Positions 13,601 through 24,900 of a stretch of 52,913 nucleotides of DNA are shown here, piece by piece (the first letter of the stretch is position 1; the number at the start of each line of letters is the position of its first letter). The DNA is taken from contig JBNGIO010004209.1 of the NCBI GenBank assembly GCA_049999805.1, forward strand, positions 1 through 52,913, read 5' to 3'. The notes under the pieces were generated by a model. That model made no database searches and was not told the DNA's origin. It saw only the letters and a list, made by a program, of their open reading frames with translations. The DNA comes from Folioceros fuciformis (taxonomy: Eukaryota). Position numbers and translations under genes: made by a program.

Positions 13601-14813
13601 AGGATTGAACTCCCATAGTGTCTTTCGATCCAACGCAGGGACAGCCACTCCCCGGGGAATGTATACATCTTTAGATGCAAGGGCGATTGCCTTCAGAGGC
13701 CGCTGTAACGGTACAATCACATCCTTTAGACACGATATGGTTGCAGCGTTACATCTTAAGTGGTAGAGACAAACGGGCTGTACAGCAAGAGCCAGATCCG
13801 AGGTGAAAGAAAAGGGTGCACCTGGATCCCATCAAATATGTTTGTCATGATTCCAGGTCCCAGATCCACTGAGAGAGGCTGCACTCAGAACAAACATCTT
13901 TATCATTATGGAGCTCGGAAACAGCGAATTTCTTTTTCAGCGAAACCCCCAAGTTGTGTGGCAACTGCCATCACACAGCTCGTCGATCAAACGCATGAGT
14001 GAAGGGAGGCAATGAGAATGACCCATCACCTTGTGGGTGCGCAACACTGGATCATTCACCGTCAACCCTGCAGTCTCTTCATACACTGTAGGCCCCAATT
14101 GATTAACACCCAAGGCAACAACTCAACTGAAGATAAACGCATATCAACGACAACTCCCGTAGATCTCCTTCTCGTCCACGATTGCGCCACTGGAAAGGAA
14201 TTTCACATAATGGTTGTACTCACCTTGAATGGTGGCAGAGTCACCCTCCAATCGAATGATTTCTCCAATAAGCTGGTCCTTTCCAACACGAACAAGCTCA
14301 TACATGGCTGCGCCTCCCATCCCCTCGGCCACCACAACGGGCCCCGAAACCTGCATGCCTTCGGTTACGAATGCACTCAAGAGTCTAGATTCCCAAAACC
14401 CCAGTCACGAATTGGCAAACTCCAGTCAACAGCGCAAGACGGTGGCCCTCCCCCGCACTCTATCTGCGTCATCTCCCACCCAGCGTCCGACAGAACAATG
14501 CAAGCCACTGCAGCGTCGTCAAACGCAGTCGCAGCGACCCCGTATCGGCATTCCCACCGCTGAACGTCTCGCCGGCCGAAGCACCACCCCAACTCAAACA
14601 GATCTGACCAGCTCGAGGCAATCTGACAAATTGCGAGCCTCTCCACACCAAGACCGCGACCCCAAACCCTACGACATCCAAAGGCAAGGCAAGACAGCAG
14701 CTCAAGCACGCAGCGGCAAAGGAAACCAGTCTCACCTTCCGCACGTATCCATACTCGCTCTCCTTCTCCCCATCCTCGAACGTGGTAGAGCGATCTCGGG
14801 CAGCGGAGCCCAT
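10650..14813 (-). CDS. VHA-A: V-type proton ATPase catalytic subunit A, many exons
   Basis: [46 protein letters not shown]-loop exon, [57 protein letters not shown] and YDKYCPFYK; ends FRNLAEQY*. Confidence 0.97.
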
Positions 14814-15826
14814 GGCGGAAGGATCTGCAGTGCCCGCGCCCACCCCCGGCAGCTGCGAGAACTGAAGGCGTGCAACCGGGTTGCTGCAACGCTCAAAGTC
14901 CTGCCTGGGACATGCTCTCCAGGACCAGACACTCCCAGCTGGAGTGGCAGCGCGCGCAGCAGAGGAATTGGGCGGATGGAGATCGTTCAGCGCAGAGGAG
15001 AAGTGGGGAGGAGAGGAGAAGAGAGCAGACGAGACGAGCTGGAAGGCTCGTGATTGAGTAGCATTCACAAACAGCTCTCTTCCTCACTGAAAAAACCCCC
15101 TCTGCCCCTTTGGAGCCTTCCTCCTACCAAATTGTTAACAGAGATTTGGCGTCACGTCGAGCAGGTGATTACTCAAAACCGGGGATAGCGCGTGGGCCCG
15201 ACTTGGGACGCACACGCGCCACTCCTGGACTCGCCCGTCAGTGCTGACGAAGAGACCATCCACTTAATCAATCTATACAAACCACGCTAAAACTTTGTAG
15301 AAAAACATACAAATGTACATATATGCACCTCGTTTAGTTAGAGCGTTCAGTTCATTCAAAGTACACGATTTCATCAAGGTGAACTACACTGGACTCTGTC
15401 ATTTTCGATCTTTTTCAATTTCAAAGCTCACACATTTTTTTTAGCTATGACTGGTTGGTTCTTATATTTTTTTCACTTCTTAGAGAGTTCTTTCATCTTA
15501 GAGAAATTTGGCCCAAAGGTAGTACCTACTGCAAAGAGCAGGCTGTGACAAAGAGACTTCGATCTCCCATGGCACAACCGCAGCTTCCACATGAGCTCGG
15601 TTGCTTAACAAGGGGCTAAGTTATCACCCCTGCCCTTTCTCAATGGTGTCCACTTTCTCAAATGCTCATTGAATAAAGTGCAGTTCATTCTATTCTGCCG
15701 AATGCTGGACATCGAAGGTTGAAGGCGGGTGACGACTGAAACATCGATACAACAGCTTGGCGAGCTGAATCACAGCCTTCAAAACAAGATCGATTTGGTC
15801 CCCAAGATGCCGATGATCACAAGTTC

Positions 15827-17200
15827 TTAGCAGATAGAACGCTTGAAATCCTGGTGCAATCCCGCTAGCCTGCTCTCTATGTTCAACAGAGCAGGCTGAT
15901 AAGCCCTGGTTAAGTTACCTAGAACCTGCAGAGCGTGACTAAGATCCACTGACATCTGCTCCAGCTGGGACTGTAGCTCCTCGGATTTGGCGGTGACGCG
16001 AACCAAATCCCTTTTCAAATCTCCATTCTCACTTATCAGACGCTGGCGGGTTTCGTCTTGTTGAAGATTCTCTGGTGGTTGTGGTTGTTCATCCTTGCTC
16101 AAGTCCGTTGAGCTCATTCGCGACGACTGGAGCGATTGGAGCTCTGATACCTTGAACCTTAGTTCAGCATTCTGCTTCAATGTCTCCTTAAGCTGACCCT
16201 CCCACTTGGCAGCAAGATCCGAGGTTTCCGTCAGGCTGGTTGAGAGGGTAGAATTCTCAGCAAACAGCCTTTCAATGTCCAAGGACTGCAAATCGATTTC
16301 GTTCAGAAGCTTCTGCTGGCTCCTTTCCTGCTTTTCCAACAGATACTGCAACTGGTGAACCTGCTCTTCATACCTACTTCTATCAGTAAGGTAACTTGCC
16401 CCACGGTCCATGGACGACGCTGCTCGTCGGCTGGAGGTAGCTGTGGAGGAGTCAAAATCATGTCCTAGGTTTGCAGGTGAAGCAAGAGCAACTGCCAGAG
16501 CCTTTTGCAATTCAGCCTTCTCTGCTGAAGCTGCTGTCAATGCTTCTTTCAGCATCCCGGTCTCAGAGCCTGCAGTCGCTGCCAATGCTGCCTCAAGTCT
16601 GCTCTTGTCCGACCCCGCAGCTGCCAGAGCATTTTGGAGCTCACACTTCTCAGCCGTAACTGACTCAAACTGCTCATACAGCGCGGCAGTCTTCTGCTGC
16701 TCCTGCCGCAGCTGTTGTCCGAGACCTTGCAACTCAAACCTCAAAACATCGATCTCCTGCTCCGCACTTTTCAGTTTTTCAGCATCCTGAGACAGACCGG
16801 AGATCTGCGCAAACGGCTGCTCAACATGCTGCAACAACTCCAGCTCCTTCTTCAGTGCAGCAGCGTCCTCCTCCGCTCCGTACTGCTCCTCTTCCGCATC
16901 CTGAAGCCTTCTCTTCAAAACCCTAATCTGCGCATTCAAATCCTCCCGAGCAACAACGGCTGCATCTCTCTCCATCGTCATGCTCTCCAGTGACAACCTG
17001 AGCGAAACAATTTCCTGCTCCATCTCGTCGAACCTCTGCATATCTCCTGCGCTGGAATCCGGAGCTCGAACAGTCGACGCAAAATCTGCATCCCCGAGCA
17101 CGGATGCCAAGACCGCACTCGCAGTTCCAGCGCTGGCAGCTTTTTTATGCCGGATCTCCTCGATCTTCCGTCTACTGGCCATCAGACGCTCTGGATTCAT
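15827..17200 (-). CDS. Conserved plant coiled-coil ('myosin heavy chain-like', At5g59210-like) protein, single coding exon
   Basis: Uninterrupted ORF from MNPERLMASRRKIEEIRHKK. Motifs MERDAAVVAREDL, AEEEQYGAEEDAAAL and EIDLQSLDIERLFAENS resemble that family (recalled, not searched). Confidence 0.75.
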   Translation of the reverse strand: MNPERLMASRRKIEEIRHKKAASAGTASAVLASVLGDADFASTVRAPDSSAGDMQRFDEMEQEIVSLRLSLESMTMERDAAVVAREDLNAQIRVLKRRLQDAEEEQYGAEEDAAALKKELELLQHVEQPFAQISGLSQDAEKLKSAEQEIDVLRFELQGLGQQLRQEQQKTAALYEQFESVTAEKCELQNALAAAGSDKSRLEAALAATAGSETGMLKEALTAASAEKAELQKALAVALASPANLGHDFDSSTATSSRRAASSMDRGASYLTDRSRYEEQVHQLQYLLEKQERSQQKLLNEIDLQSLDIERLFAENSTLSTSLTETSDLAAKWEGQLKETLKQNAELRFKVSELQSLQSSRMSSTDLSKDEQPQPPENLQQDETRQRLISENGDLKRDLVRVTAKSEELQSQLEQMSVDLSHALQVLGNLTRAYQPALLNIESRLAGLHQDFKRSIC

Positions 17201-17669
17201 CCCTCGGTGCAAATGCCTTCGAGCACATACACAAATACACCTGAACCTCTCAAAGCTCCGACCTGTATCAAGTCAACATGAAACGCACACCGCACCGAGC
17301 TTCCCTTAAATTCCTCAACAAACTTTCAATCTCGCTAATCTGTCCCCGCAGCACGAAATTCTTCCCCTCAAGGGCTGCGCATTCAGCCCCCAACCCTGCA
17401 GAGAGCAGAACTCCAAACTCTTGCTTGATCCGCTTCAGAAATGCTCTTCCACTTCAGTCCCTGATCATCAACCCGGCCAAATTCGAGTTTCGGCCGGGCA
17501 TGAGGGGTATTCCGCACTTCGCACCATGGGTTTGGTAGAGTGATTGTTTTTTTCTCGTGAAGGACTCGTACCGTTACGTTGATCGAGAAACGTTTCATCT
17601 GGAATCGTGTGCAACACCGAGCGTTTGAGCATTGATGGCGGTGTCATCACGCCTCCTACACATGCAGCA

Positions 17670-17925
17670 GGGATGAATACCCTGCAGTTAAAAGTCTGCT
17701 CTTGCACCTCCCGATATGCTTAGCCTGCAGGAATTCGAGAGTCTGGAACCACCGATTTTTCACAAAGAATCTAGAGGGAATGTCCGATTTAGAGGGCATG
17801 AGTGACAGCCAGGCTCTCCTTCTGCTCAAAGAAATGCAGTTCCTCAGATGAATAGTAGCCCAGATACAGCATCCACTTATCAGTTTCCGTTTCTGAAGAC
17901 GGCTGTCTCACCCCAGCTTACATCG
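17670..17925 (-). pseudogene. Degenerate DYW-domain relic downstream of the PPR stop codon
   Basis: One minus frame reads EQKESLAVTHAL*IGHSL*ILCEKSVVPDSRIPAG*AYREVQEQTFNCR, roughly collinear with the DYW consensus HSEKLA...KNLRVCxDCH...I(I/V)xRD. Confidence 0.45.
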
Positions 17926-20274
17926 CTACCGTACGGCATGCGTGCTATTCCCAACTAAAAAGCTATGCACCAATCCATCAACGTCTGTCCACCAGCTCTG
18001 CCCTGGTTGCTTCCATGCCCTGATTCCTATTCTAATCGCTTGCATCTGCTCCGCCTGCTCCCAAATCTGGGCTCCTGTGTATATGTTGGACATCAGGACA
18101 TACGCTGCAGCATCTTTCTTGTCTAGCTTCACTGCTTCAGCAAAAGCATAGCGTCCCACTTCCACGTTGCTCCATTTCCGACAAGCAACCAATAAAGTGT
18201 GCCAAATTGCAGCATTTGGCAGAAGAGGCATTGACCGTACCACAGCTAGTGCCTCGTCCAATAGGCCCACACCGCCGAGGAGAGCCACCATACACGTGTA
18301 GTGCTCCACCATGGGAGCGATGCCGTAGAGTTTGCTCATTGCCTCGAAGTACTCGCGGCCCTTGTTCACAAGACCCTTATGACTGCATACTGTTAGTATA
18401 CTCAGGAATGTGATGCTGTCTGGTTGAATGCCATCCGCTCTCATTCTGTGCAGCAGCTCGAAGACCTTGTCACTGTCTCCTTGACGGGTGTATCCTGCAA
18501 TCAGGGCCCTCCAGGCACTTGCATCTCTTTCTTGCAGCGCATCAAACACCTGCTGTGCCTCAACCATGCTCCCTGACTTTGAGTACATGTCTATCAAACT
18601 TTTCCCTAGAGTCTCGTCTGCTTGAAGCCCCTGACCTTCGATCTGTGCATGGAGATGCCTTCCCACATCCAAAGCTGCCATGCTAGCACATGCCTGCAAG
18701 AGGCACACAAATGTCACTGAATCAGGTGGGACAACATCTTCTTCGCCCATTGCACTGTATAGACAAAGAGCTCTCTGACCCATGCCCTGCTGGGAATAAC
18801 CAGCTATCAGGGCAGTCCATGTCACCACATCCTTCTCACAGAGTCCGTCAAACACGTCCTGCGCATCCTCTAGACTTCCACACTTTGCATACATATTTAC
18901 CAGGCTCCCTCCTACAACTACATCAGCCTGAAGCCCGCGTTCCCGGATTTGTGCATGCAGCTGTTTCCCAGTTTCCAATGCCAGGTGCCCAACACTTGCA
19001 CACGCCTGCACAAGGCAAACAAATGTCACTGAATCAGGTACAGATAAACCTTCTTCTACCATAGCTGTATATAAACGCAGGGCTTCCTGGACCATGCCCT
19101 CTTGGGAATATCCTGCAATCATGGCATTCCACATCATCCCATCCTTCTGAGGAAGCCTGTCGAACATTCTTCGAGCTTCTTCCAATCTACCACTTCTCGC
19201 ATATCCTGCTACCAAAGCAGTCCACGTAACCACATTCTTTTCACCAAGTGCATCAAACACCAGCTGAGCATCCTCCAAATTGCCACACTTTACATACATA
19301 TTCACCAAACACGAACCAACAACGACATCAACATTCATCCCTAGTTCTCTCATCTGTGCATGAAGGTGTTTCCCCTTATCTAAACCTGGGGCCCCAACAC
19401 TTGCACATGCTTGTAAGAGAGCCACAAAAGTCACAGAATTTGCCATAACCATGCCTTCTTCCTTCATGGCACTGTACAGGCGCAGGGCCTCAAAACCCAT
19501 ACCATGCTGGGCATATCCTGCGATCAAAGCTGACCACCCGACCACATCCTTCTGCCCAAGTCCATCAAACACCCTCCGAGCATCCTCCAAGCTGCCACAT
19601 TTCGCATACATATCCAACAACGCGTTCCAAACAAAGGCATCAGGCTCAATCCCACTGCCCAACACGTCAGCATGCACCTGCCGCCCAGAACCCAAGTCTG
19701 CCCCCCTTCCACAGGCCTGCAGCACTGCCACAAAAACATGGCCATCAGGTTCCACACCGGACCTCCGCATGCGTCGATACAGCTCGACAGCCTCCTGATC
19801 CCGTCCCTGCCTCACGTGCGCAGAGATTATCCCTGACCATGCGAAGGCATCAGCTTTGCCAACCGCCTCAAACACATCCATGGCGTCTTGCAACCTGGCA
19901 TGGGCAGCGTACATTCGCATCACGTGATTGCACAGGAACGTATCCGATTGGAACCCCTCTCTCACAGCCAGAGCATGGACCCGGCGGCCGAGAGCTAGAT
20001 CCCTGGCAACCACGCATTTCTGGAGGACTGTAAAGAAGAGAGACCGGTAAGTGCTACACCCTGTCTGCACCAAAATTCCCAGCGCCTCCACTGCCTCAAC
20101 GAGCGGCCGTTGCTGGCTCACGGTTTCAGCCGTAGTGCTCCTTTGATATCCTACAAACCTGCCTTCCTCCACACCCAGAGAAGTCAACCGCAACAAGAGC
20201 TCCTGGCGGCCATGCTCCGCAACCGTAAAGCCCCTTGGACGGCTTGCCCCTTGCGAACGGAGAGCAAAGCGCAT
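17926..20274 (-). CDS. PLS-class PPR protein with E1/E2 and WW-type PG-box, no intact DYW domain (organellar RNA editing factor)
   Basis: About 18 P/L/S/SS repeats ending in P2-L2-S2, then E1 (AAIWHTLLVACRKWSNVEVGRYAF), E2 (AAAYVLMSNIY) and KQPGQSWWTDVDGLVHSFLVG, then stop. First in-frame ATG at 20274 gives an Arg-rich targeting-like N-terminus. Confidence 0.95.
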   Translation of the reverse strand: MRFALRSQGASRPRGFTVAEHGRQELLLRLTSLGVEEGRFVGYQRSTTAETVSQQRPLVEAVEALGILVQTGCSTYRSLFFTVLQKCVVARDLALGRRVHALAVREGFQSDTFLCNHVMRMYAAHARLQDAMDVFEAVGKADAFAWSGIISAHVRQGRDQEAVELYRRMRRSGVEPDGHVFVAVLQACGRGADLGSGRQVHADVLGSGIEPDAFVWNALLDMYAKCGSLEDARRVFDGLGQKDVVGWSALIAGYAQHGMGFEALRLYSAMKEEGMVMANSVTFVALLQACASVGAPGLDKGKHLHAQMRELGMNVDVVVGSCLVNMYVKCGNLEDAQLVFDALGEKNVVTWTALVAGYARSGRLEEARRMFDRLPQKDGMMWNAMIAGYSQEGMVQEALRLYTAMVEEGLSVPDSVTFVCLVQACASVGHLALETGKQLHAQIRERGLQADVVVGGSLVNMYAKCGSLEDAQDVFDGLCEKDVVTWTALIAGYSQQGMGQRALCLYSAMGEEDVVPPDSVTFVCLLQACASMAALDVGRHLHAQIEGQGLQADETLGKSLIDMYSKSGSMVEAQQVFDALQERDASAWRALIAGYTRQGDSDKVFELLHRMRADGIQPDSITFLSILTVCSHKGLVNKGREYFEAMSKLYGIAPMVEHYTCMVALLGGVGLLDEALAVVRSMPLLPNAAIWHTLLVACRKWSNVEVGRYAFAEAVKLDKKDAAAYVLMSNIYTGAQIWEQAEQMQAIRIGIRAWKQPGQSWWTDVDGLVHSFLVGNSTHAVR

Positions 20275-20460
20275 GATCAGCACAAGGATAGACTGATTCC
20301 GTGGAGGAGAGCAAAATCCAGCCCGCTGCGTCCGCTGAGCAAATGCTTGGGCCCATATCCATGTTCGCTCCACCAGCTCCCGCAAGCTTAAAACCGAACT
20401 TCACCGACTGCCCGTTTTTCACTTGCAGAGGGTCACCACCAGTTCTCGTGAGCTAGGACT

Positions 20461-20520
20461 TGTTGGGCGATTGTAGCGACTGTGTTGGGCAATTGTAGCG
20501 ACTGTGTTGGGCAACGACTG
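20461..20520. repeat. 22-bp tandem repeat (TGTTGGGCRATTGTAGCGACTG, about 2.7 copies)
   Basis: Units at 20461, 20483 and a partial unit at 20505; related TGTTGGGCGATTG near 20637. Confidence 0.85.
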
Positions 20521-21033
20521 CAGCTACTATGATCGAGCAATGGCGGCGGCAACGTTGGGCGACAAGCAGGGCCGTAAATTCAGTAACGGGCGACTCGTGC
20601 TGCGCTGGTCACGCTGACAGCAATTGGCACTGCTGATGTTGGGCGATTGAAACATAATAATGAGTGATGGCTAGAGATGATGTTGGCATTTAGCACCCCC
20701 TTAATTTGAGAGGTTGGCCTGAAAATGGGCCACCATTTCCTTTCCCTTAGAGAGGAACCAGCAGATTCGGCACTGAAGCTGAACACATTCCACACAAGTC
20801 ATCATTTCCAAACTCGAGACGTTTGACACCTACGGCATGTCCAGGAAGGGAAGAACTCTATTTGGAGGAGTTCACAGCCAAAAGAATCGAAAAGGGAAAA
20901 AAAATAATCTAATGCTGTCTTTCAGTACAGACACTAATACATGAGATAATTCCAACACCTTTGGGAGCCCCTGCTTTCGTCTTTCGTGTTGGCCGGAGAG
21001 GATAAATCCCCATGGCAACTGTAAGACGCCGGA

Positions 21034-22452
21034 TCAATCCTCCTTGTCGTCATCATCTTCAGAGTCTGTGCGGATGACGAGGATGTCAGAATGAAAGAGG
21101 GAGGAGAAAGGAAAGGGTCCGCTCGGCAACATGTTGAGGATGAGAACGAGGGCTACCTGATCGGACATCTTTCTCGAGCTTTCCCCTTGCCTTGATCTGC
21201 CTCAAAATCATTCTGTAGATGAGTATCCACCAGTATATATGTAAGACGTAGAGGCTGATGAGGAGTGAGTTGAAGACGTAGTAGTATAATGGACCCTCTC
21301 GAAACTTCTTCTGGTCTAGCAGCGTGACAACCTCGTAACTGCAACCAGACACAGTGACCGAGGTTGTAATAAGAGGGAGCAGCTTCAGATCCGTAAGCAG
21401 CGGAATGGGTGTGCGTGCTGGAAGACGAGGCCACTGGAAACAACGTACCTAGTGCTCCTGATGATGCAGAAGGGAAAGTAAATGAGGCGGAGTAGAACCC
21501 AAGAAAGAGCGAACATGAGGAATAGAATGCTTGGAATGACCTCTGAGCCGCTGTACTTTGTCAGCTTCCCAAGCTCTAGAAAGATATCACTAGCATCATG
21601 TAGAGCCAGTACCATAGATCCCACCCGCGCAAACCTAGGAAGTGTAGGGGATACATGAACGAGACTTCAGTCCCTGTGCACCTGCTGTTGCTGATTTCAG
21701 ACAACTAGTACGAAGTGGAACAAAACCTGACCTGGCGTGGTATGAGAAAATAATGAGGGCAACAGTCACTATGTGGTGTCCCATGCTGACCCCAAAGTCT
21801 TTCCTCCTTGTTTCCCAAAAGATGAGAGCGAAAATACTGTAGGTGTAGAACCCGGCTGCGTAAGCATACAATACCTTCAACTTCAGCCTGCCAAGCATCC
21901 TCATTAACAAACAGTACAGTGCACCTTCTCCCACAGTAGCAAATCCTCCGTGAGCACAACAAAGAAGAAGAGCCAGCCGTTCTTACTTCACCATCTGATT
22001 GGGCCAGCTCTGATTGCCTGGCCCAATCCAGAAACACTTGGTATTGGTAAACCAGGGCTCATTGTACGTGATAGTCAGGGAGAAGATCTCAGCTGACAGA
22101 TAATAAACACACTTCCACGCAGATTCCTTAAACTTAACAACGGTCTTTCGTAGAGCCTCCTTATCAGCAGGGCTCATGCCCTTCCCCGAGGGCACAGCTT
22201 TCCTGTAGACGAAAATATTCCCTAGATGCTACAAGCCCACAGATCCACCTTAGCAGCGTTACCGCCAGGACAGGAGCCCTAAATCCGGAGGCGACGACGG
22301 AAACTCACCTCAAACACCAGCCGATCCAACAAGAAGCGGATAATGGGGAACAGAAGCGCGAAAATGGGCAGCAGAATGAAATCTTTGGTAAATGGATAGC
22401 CCTCTGCCTCCCAGTCGAGGTTCCTCAAATCTGTCCACAATGTGGATTCCAT
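21034..22452 (-). CDS. LOH: LAG1/TLC-domain ceramide synthase
   Basis: [36 protein letters not shown], Lag1 motif [15 protein letters not shown]...[22 protein letters not shown] and acidic tail [14 protein letters not shown]. Confidence 0.95.
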
Positions 22453-23589
22453 CCCGCACACAATGGGAGTGAAAATCGCAGGTGCCTGCCCCCACGCACC
22501 CCAATCCGCTCCTCAACTCCCTCCCTCCCCTATCGATCGCCATCAGAGGAAATCCATGCCGGTGGTATCAGAGAAGCCGCGTTAGTGGTGGGCAAGGATT
22601 CACACACCCATTTTCACAAAAGTCCCACTCAACCACAGGGTTTCTTGGACCCGGAACCAAATGTGTAGGTACGGACAACACCAGCTCATGAGCCTCGTTT
22701 CCTGGCAACGTACCTACCTATGTCTCCCACTTCTTCACGCCTTATGCTTCTATCTACAGTAATTGCAGCTCCCTCCTCCCTCTGTCCACTCTACTTGACA
22801 GAAGCTCGCCCTCGTCTATGGATGGACAACTCGAACGTGCACGAATCACGATTCACAAAAACACACACCGTCTGTCTTCAGATGCACAACTCCAAGGCCC
22901 ACGAATCACGTCTCGCAAAGCGCGCCCCACTTAGTCTACAGCCTCCATAGTTCCTCCAACCACGACGGGTTAAGTCCAACTTCAAAACGGTAACGGAACG
23001 TTGGTCGATATAAAGGGAAACATTACAGAAAGCGGCAATGTATTTCGAAGCTCTCATTTTCCACTCCTTTTCTTTTTCAGTTGGCATGGACTGCCACAAT
23101 ACATACATTCATCCATACGCAGGCTTAACATACGCATTCATATTTTGGCAGTCAAAGGCTAATTATTAGTTGAGTTGACTTCACTTATTATATATAGTAT
23201 ATCTGTACAACCTAATTAGATTAGTCCTTACATAATTAGTACTGTGAAGTGATGAGCTCCTTAACTCCTAATGACTAACTCCATCTCTAGCTTGTTTTGA
23301 CAATCCATCGGCTAATGCCATAATGACTAACTCAATCACCTAATTCTATCTCTAACAAATTGACAAATTGATAAATTGGATTAAGACACACGTATAGCAT
23401 ATGTCGTGGCATGTTATAGGATGTCGTCTTGTGTGTGATTACCATGTAGAGTATATGTACTATATTTGTACCCTACATTCATGCCCTATTGGGCTAAGAC
23501 CATCTACATAGCAACTTAAAATTGATTTAAGAAAGATGACTCCAAATAGAGGACCTTTAAAATCTAGCTCAAGTAAGTACAATGATCCA

Positions 23590-23660
23590 GGAGTCCAATG
23601 GGATTCGAACCTAGTGTGATGTGCTATAGACACTCTTTGACATCAACTTACTCTATAGTA
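23590..23660 (-). mobile_element. Degenerate tRNA-derived (SINE-like) remnant
   Basis: Minus strand has a perfect B-box GGTTCGAATCC (plus-strand GGATTCGAACC at 23601-23611) preceded by a weak A-box-like TAGAGTAAGTTGATG. No intact cloverleaf. Confidence 0.35.
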
Positions 23661-23751
23661 TCTACACTCGTACATAATTAATTGAATTTATATCTACCTG
23701 TATACACACTTTGTTTGCAGCAATGGGTGTGCCCTCCTTAATCCCTATTCT

Positions 23752-24075
23752 GAGTGCACCCTAATGATAGGGTTTTTATGTTCTGTTCATGACAACAACT
23801 TCTGTCTAGAAGGCTTTGAGATCAAGACAACAACTTCTGTCTAGAAGGCTTTGGGATCAAGACAACAACTTCTGTCTAGAAGGCTTTGGGACCAAGACAA
23901 CAACTTTTGTCCAGGAGAATTCATGATCAGAGTGCACCCTAATAATAGGGTTTGTATGTTTTGTTCATGACAACAACTTCTGTCGAGAAGGCTTCGAGAT
24001 GGAGACAACAACTTTTGTCAAAGAGAATTCATGATCAAGACATATAACAACTTCTGTCAAGAGACTTTGAGATCA
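23752..24075. repeat. 35-bp tandem repeat array with higher-order duplication
   Basis: Unit GACAACAACTTCTGTCTAGAAGGCTTTG(A/G)GATCAA at 23791, 23826 and 23861, with diverged copies at 23896 and beyond 23968. Leader GAGTGCACCCTAAT.ATAGGGTTT occurs at both 23752 and 23930. Confidence 0.9.
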
Positions 24076-24250
24076 TGTTCAGTAGAAGGTCAAGTTTAGA
24101 GAAAAGACATGCAAGACATGATGCAAACTCATTTCTTAGCACCTACTAGCAGAGGTGATGAAGAGGAGGCTTGCAAAAACAAATTGTGTGCCAGTTCTCA
24201 GCAACAATCAGAGAAGGTGATGATCAGGAGGCTAACAAAGGTAGATTTCA

Positions 24251-24350
24251 NNNNNNNNNNNNNNNNNNNNNNNNNNNNNNNNNNNNNNNNNNNNNNNNNN
24301 NNNNNNNNNNNNNNNNNNNNNNNNNNNNNNNNNNNNNNNNNNNNNNNNNN
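24251..24350. other. Assembly gap (100 N)
   Basis: Run of N characters. Confidence 1.
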
Positions 24351-24900
24351 ACAACAATTGGCTGAGGTTTGTGATGCCAAATTGCATGCCAATCTTTTGT
24401 GATGGACGTGCTTAGCCAAACTTCCCAATGTTCATATCAAGTAAGAAAGAAGCTTTGCTTGCAAAACCTTGAGATGACATAACTATCCATGTTTGCTACC
24501 ATGGTCACATTACAATGGAAGATACATAGCTTGTAGAAAGATCTGTCCTTGCTTCAGATGTCCATAGCAAGAAAACAAGAGAACCTGAAACAAGACAATT
24601 TCAGATAGTTCGGTGAGTAGAAGCTAACATTCTTTTGAAGAAATAAGGGAGATAAAGTGTGTGCCTCAAACATTCGTAACCTTACAAGACAAACACCAAG
24701 TCCTTGAATGAGGACGAACCTCAATTATTTCCAAGGAGGGGGAATGGTGGCTATAATGGAAACCCTGAGTATCCAACCTAGAGGCTGTCGAGGGTAGTAT
24801 GAATGGGGATTTCATTGAATGTGAAGTCCAAATCAATCTGAATAATTAGCAATGGGTTATTTGGATGGAAAAAGTTTATGGGTTATATAAATCAGTACGT
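24351..24900 (+). mobile_element. Possible degenerate LTR-retrotransposon 3' remnant
   Basis: GAGGACGAACC...TTCCAAGGAGGGGGAATG at about 24710-24746 resembles a Ty3/gypsy pol end plus polypurine tract followed by TG. AT-rich, gene-free and next to a gap. Confidence 0.3.

Noticed and set aside
23590..23660. Functional tRNA gene
   Set aside because: Only the T-loop/B-box is intact; no convincing acceptor, D or anticodon stems.
23791..24075. CRISPR array suggested by 35-bp repeats
   Set aside because: Units are head-to-tail without unique spacers, there are no cas genes and the context is eukaryotic.
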